Of a stretch of DNA of 64,000 bases, positions 60,100 to 64,000 are shown piece by piece (within the stretch, counting starts at the first letter, position 1; every line of letters begins with the position of its first letter). The translations under genes were made by a program, and so were the position numbers. Source of the DNA: Chrysomallon squamiferum. Taxonomy: Eukaryota > Animalia > Mollusca. Under the pieces are notes generated by a model that ran no database searches, was not told the DNA's origin, and saw nothing but the letters and a program-made list of their open reading frames with translations. The DNA lies in the NCBI GenBank assembly GCA_012295275.1, contig CM022665.1:44330001-44394000 (forward strand), in the 5' to 3' direction.

Positions 60100-63000
60100 A
60101 AGGGTTGATACTATAATTTTGTACGCACAAATTAATTTTGCTTACACGTTTTATAATACTTTGATAAATGCATTTAATCAGAATAGCCGAATATTTATTT
60201 TTTATCCTGTTATGTGATTTATTTTATGTACAAATGTTCCACTTGATGATTCTGGGTGAATCTGAAGGAGAAAACTTACATTTAAGTTATGTGAAGTAAT
60301 TTTTAATTTTTGTTTTTAAAAATGTTTTAAATAAACTTTTTAATGTTCTCATCATTAATGTAATGCTGCCATTTTCTGATTGTTTTGATATAAAAATCTT
60401 TATGAAATAATTTAAATTGCTAATTACATTGTCTCAATTTTTTTTTTATCTTTGTGCCAAATATTTCTTTAAAAATTTGATTTCCACAAACTTCATAAAT
60501 AAAAGTATTTAAAATAAAACAATACTTTATTTTTTTTTTTTTTTTTTTTTTGTATTAATGTTTATATATGTTTATATTTTGTTAAGAATTTCAGTTATAA
60601 AATTAATAAAATTTTATTAAAAAAAAACCAGACACCTTTGTGATTGTTTTCTTATGCAGGGTCACAAAGGTCAATAGAAGAATACACTTTGATTTTTTTT
60701 TAGTTGGTTCTTATTTAATCAAGAAATGTGGAACAGATTTGTTGTAAAAGTTTGAGTTTTAAGCCTGTTTTATTACTGAATGTCTGTTTTTAAATTTCAG
60801 AATTTTTATACACTGTTCTGAGTGTATTAGGACTGGGTTTTGGGGAGGGTTTTAAGTTTAAAGCAGTTTTATTGGCATAATTAATTTTAATTTGAAAAAT
60901 TTTTTTTTTTTTTTTCAATTATATATATATATTTTTTTTTTTTTAATTTTTCATTATTTGAAATCATTGATAAATACAAATTATTTTGTGTAATTTAAAA
61001 CCCCATATTTTTTTTTCGTTTAGATGAGATTTGAGATCAAGCTGTTTAGACAAGGTTACTTTTTTGTGTCTTAGTATTTAAATTAAATAAACTTTGTGCC
61101 ATTTTATTTATTAATATTAAATAATAAAACCAAGAATGTCGTATTCTTTTAAACTGAAGTAGTTTCTCAGGTAACTGTTTTGTTGTTTTTATGTATATAA
61201 TACACAGAGAACTATCTCGTTTGTTTTACAGAAAGAGTATAAATATCCATAAAAATAATTTTGTTAACTGTTTTATATAAGACACTGGAGAATTCTTTTG
61301 TTTTTTAAATAAACTAGTTTTTCTTTAATGTGTTGATTATATATTCTGTCTTTTACAAATAGTATATAAAAAAAAGGAAAAAAAAATTAAAATATTCAAA
61401 ATCTATTAAAACTTAATGCAAAAAATGTGAATACTGTAACCAAATTTTAATCAAAAACAGTACATGAAAGATTTACATAATGAAGAATAAATAAGCTGTA
61501 ATCTTCACTGAATGAGATTTAAGATCAATTTTTACTTTTTCAGAATTAGCAAGTTGGGGTTGACCTTGATAACAAAACATTCAGCTGTTTTATTTCTGCA
61601 TCCAAATCATTCTTTATTTTCTGAGGCCACTTTTTCTAAATTTACTCAATGCATGAACTGCACTTCTATCACTGTGAATAAATGTATAAATATTTGATTC
61701 ATGGATAATGTTAAGCATATACCTTTCTTGTAATTTAGTTTTGTTAAATATAAAATGTTTTTATTTAAACATAAAAATAATTTTATAAAATAAATAAAAA
61801 CAATGAAATTCATTATAAAAGAATAAAAAATAAATTTAAGTTTTTGATGCATATCCACTATAATATATATTTTTTTGCTACTACTAAAAAAGAAACAAAA
61901 CAACAATAAAAAAATAAAAAACATGATATTTAAATATTTAAAAGATTTAAATCTCATAAGAAAAATTAAAATAGTTCATATACCAATATACATGTAAGTT
62001 TTTTTTTAACAATTACTATATACAGGAACAAACAACAAAAAAGCTGAATTAAATGGATAACCTTTTATTAACAAAATATATCTGTTACTCTTTCTTCGTT
62101 TTTTCAGTTACATAAAATTATCTCCAGCTATTTCACAGAAATAATTTTGACTTTATTTTCTGTTTCGTAATAAGTGCATGAAGTGTGTCAATTTTTGTCA
62201 GGAAGACACATGAAATATTAATACAAATGATATAAACTAAAATATCCAACATATACAAAAACTGATAATAAAAAGATTTACGTAACAATACTTAATATCA
62301 GTTAAAACAAAATTAGTATTCTTGCTATCTTTCCACTAAATAATATTAAGTTAACAAACCTTTTTAATGTTCATATAAAATAAAACAATTTAACAATCTC
62401 TATTCTAACTGGGACATATTCTGAAGTATATATATTCTCAAAACAGGATCCATTAAAAAAAAGAAAAGAAATGACATAAAAATAGTGTAATACAAAAAAT
62501 GAAAATAATTGGATCAGTGTAAAATGGTGGTATTATGCTAGTGAACACAAAACAACAAAAAAAATAATATAACTGGGTGTGGCCAGTAAATGTCACTTTA
62601 AAATAATTTTTTATTCTGCAGTGTTAAGGTGAAACTATGAAGAGTTATTTGTATTGAGAAGGTAATAGATAAAGCTATGTATTATACACATTCATCTCTG
62701 AACATACTGAGATATGCATAGATATGTACATAGCAGTATTCAAACACGAGACATTAACAGACATTTAAACTTTCATACATTCATATTTATGATTAGATAG
62801 AGCATACACACACATACATACAGACGTATGCACAAACATGTATACATGTGGACCTGGATAAACATACAGACATATTTATATTTAGACGTCTACTCAAATA
62901 TATACAAATATCGACAAACATACATAATGCATTTACTTTTATACAAAAAAAGATAAGCTTCTTTAAATGGACGGTCTGTTATGTATTATTACTGATATAC

Positions 63001-63390
63001 CATATTAATAAACAAGTAGTATAATTTAGTATAATATTATCAACCATCTCAAAAATAATACTTGACGAATTAATCACAGAATTTTCTTATCACAGCTGCA
63101 AAAATGAAATAATAAATAACTTTAACAGATCTAAATAAACTACAGAATCTTTAGTAGACTGCTATTTATCCTAAAGTTTTATTTATCTATCTATCTATCT
63201 ATCTACCTAGCTTTTCTTGTGGTTCATTTTTGCTATTTAAAAATGTTCTTCAAGATTTTAAAAGTTACAGCTTAATAAATAAATTGCAAATTTAAACAGA
63301 ATTATAACATTTGGAAAAATATTCAGTATAGCTATTAGAATAAATAAATAAATAAAGTATACTTACAAAATTTAAACATTATAATTTTTT

Positions 63391-63433
<43 letters not shown>

Positions 63434-64000
63434 TGATTTATTATTATTATTATTATTTTTTTTTTTTTTTTTTTTTTTTTTGGTAATTTATTTTTAAAAT
63501 ATCTACTGTTCTAATAAAAATATGACTAAAATTATAAAGTGCCTGCTTTCAAAGCACTGGTCATTCTAAACTTGATGACTGACATAATTAATGTCAGCAT
63601 TGTATCTGACCTGTCATTCCTTTAATCTATTATCATAAAAAATATTTATTATTAAAAAACAATCTTACTTAAAACAATTCATAAACTCTAACTGAATGCA
63701 TATGTAACTTGAATACTGTGACATTACAAATAATAATAATGAATTTGAATTTTGTGACCTTGTTTCAATAAAACAAAACATTAAATAAGAAATAATGACT
63801 GAAATCAAATTAAAACAAAATCTAAATCAATTGTGATGTTGGCCAACATTTCAGATAGGCCACCACAGTAAAATTAAAAGGATGACATGTCAGCCACTGA
63901 ACATAAAAGTCTCTGCCATTGGAGGGCAAATACAAATAAGCCTATCAGCAATCACGATACATTAAACATGGCAACAGTAAACAGTATGATAACCAGTTTC

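Noticed and set aside
60243-60265. TGATGA...CTGA pairs suggesting C/D-box snoRNAs (also ~57320 and ~33104)
   Set aside because: Boxes are too close together or the D box is missing, and there is no terminal stem or recognisable rRNA guide.
61000-64000. Possible further gene at the right end of the window
   Set aside because: No coding exon recognisable; A-rich composition could be the 3' UTR of a minus-strand gene beyond the window, but that cannot be shown here.

Overview
Very AT-rich, microsatellite-dense animal genomic DNA with GT-AG spliceosomal introns; it looks like an invertebrate, plausibly a mollusc, but the taxon is inferred. The ORF track is mostly microsatellite noise, so genes were assembled by hand from splice sites and reading-frame phases. 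Seven genes, in order: the last three coding exons of an RRBP1/p180-like coiled-coil gene (+, ends ...GTSV*); POLR2I/RPB9 (-, 5 exons, 128 aa); two tandem 12-exon SCCPDH paralogs (+, 423 and 427 aa); BABAM2/BRE (-, 11 exons, 381 aa); DDX28 (+, 14 coding exons, 545 aa, head-to-head with BABAM2); and TMEM160 (+, last exon uncertain). I found no tRNA, rRNA, CRISPR array or autonomous transposon, and no clear-cut new biological system. Best leads: (1) the upstream SCCPDH paralog is intact but has changed conserved motifs and sits in a CpG-rich, (GA)n-rich domain; (2) intronic tandem repeats repeatedly seeded from the gene's own exon-intron junctions, leaving decoy splice sites in four genes; (3) a duplicated ~100-bp element in the last RRBP1 intron that could encode 10-nt frameshifting microexons removing a C-terminal PDZ ligand; (4) a ~300-bp foldback element in an RPB9 intron. 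Family comparisons are from memory of the human proteins, not from a database search.
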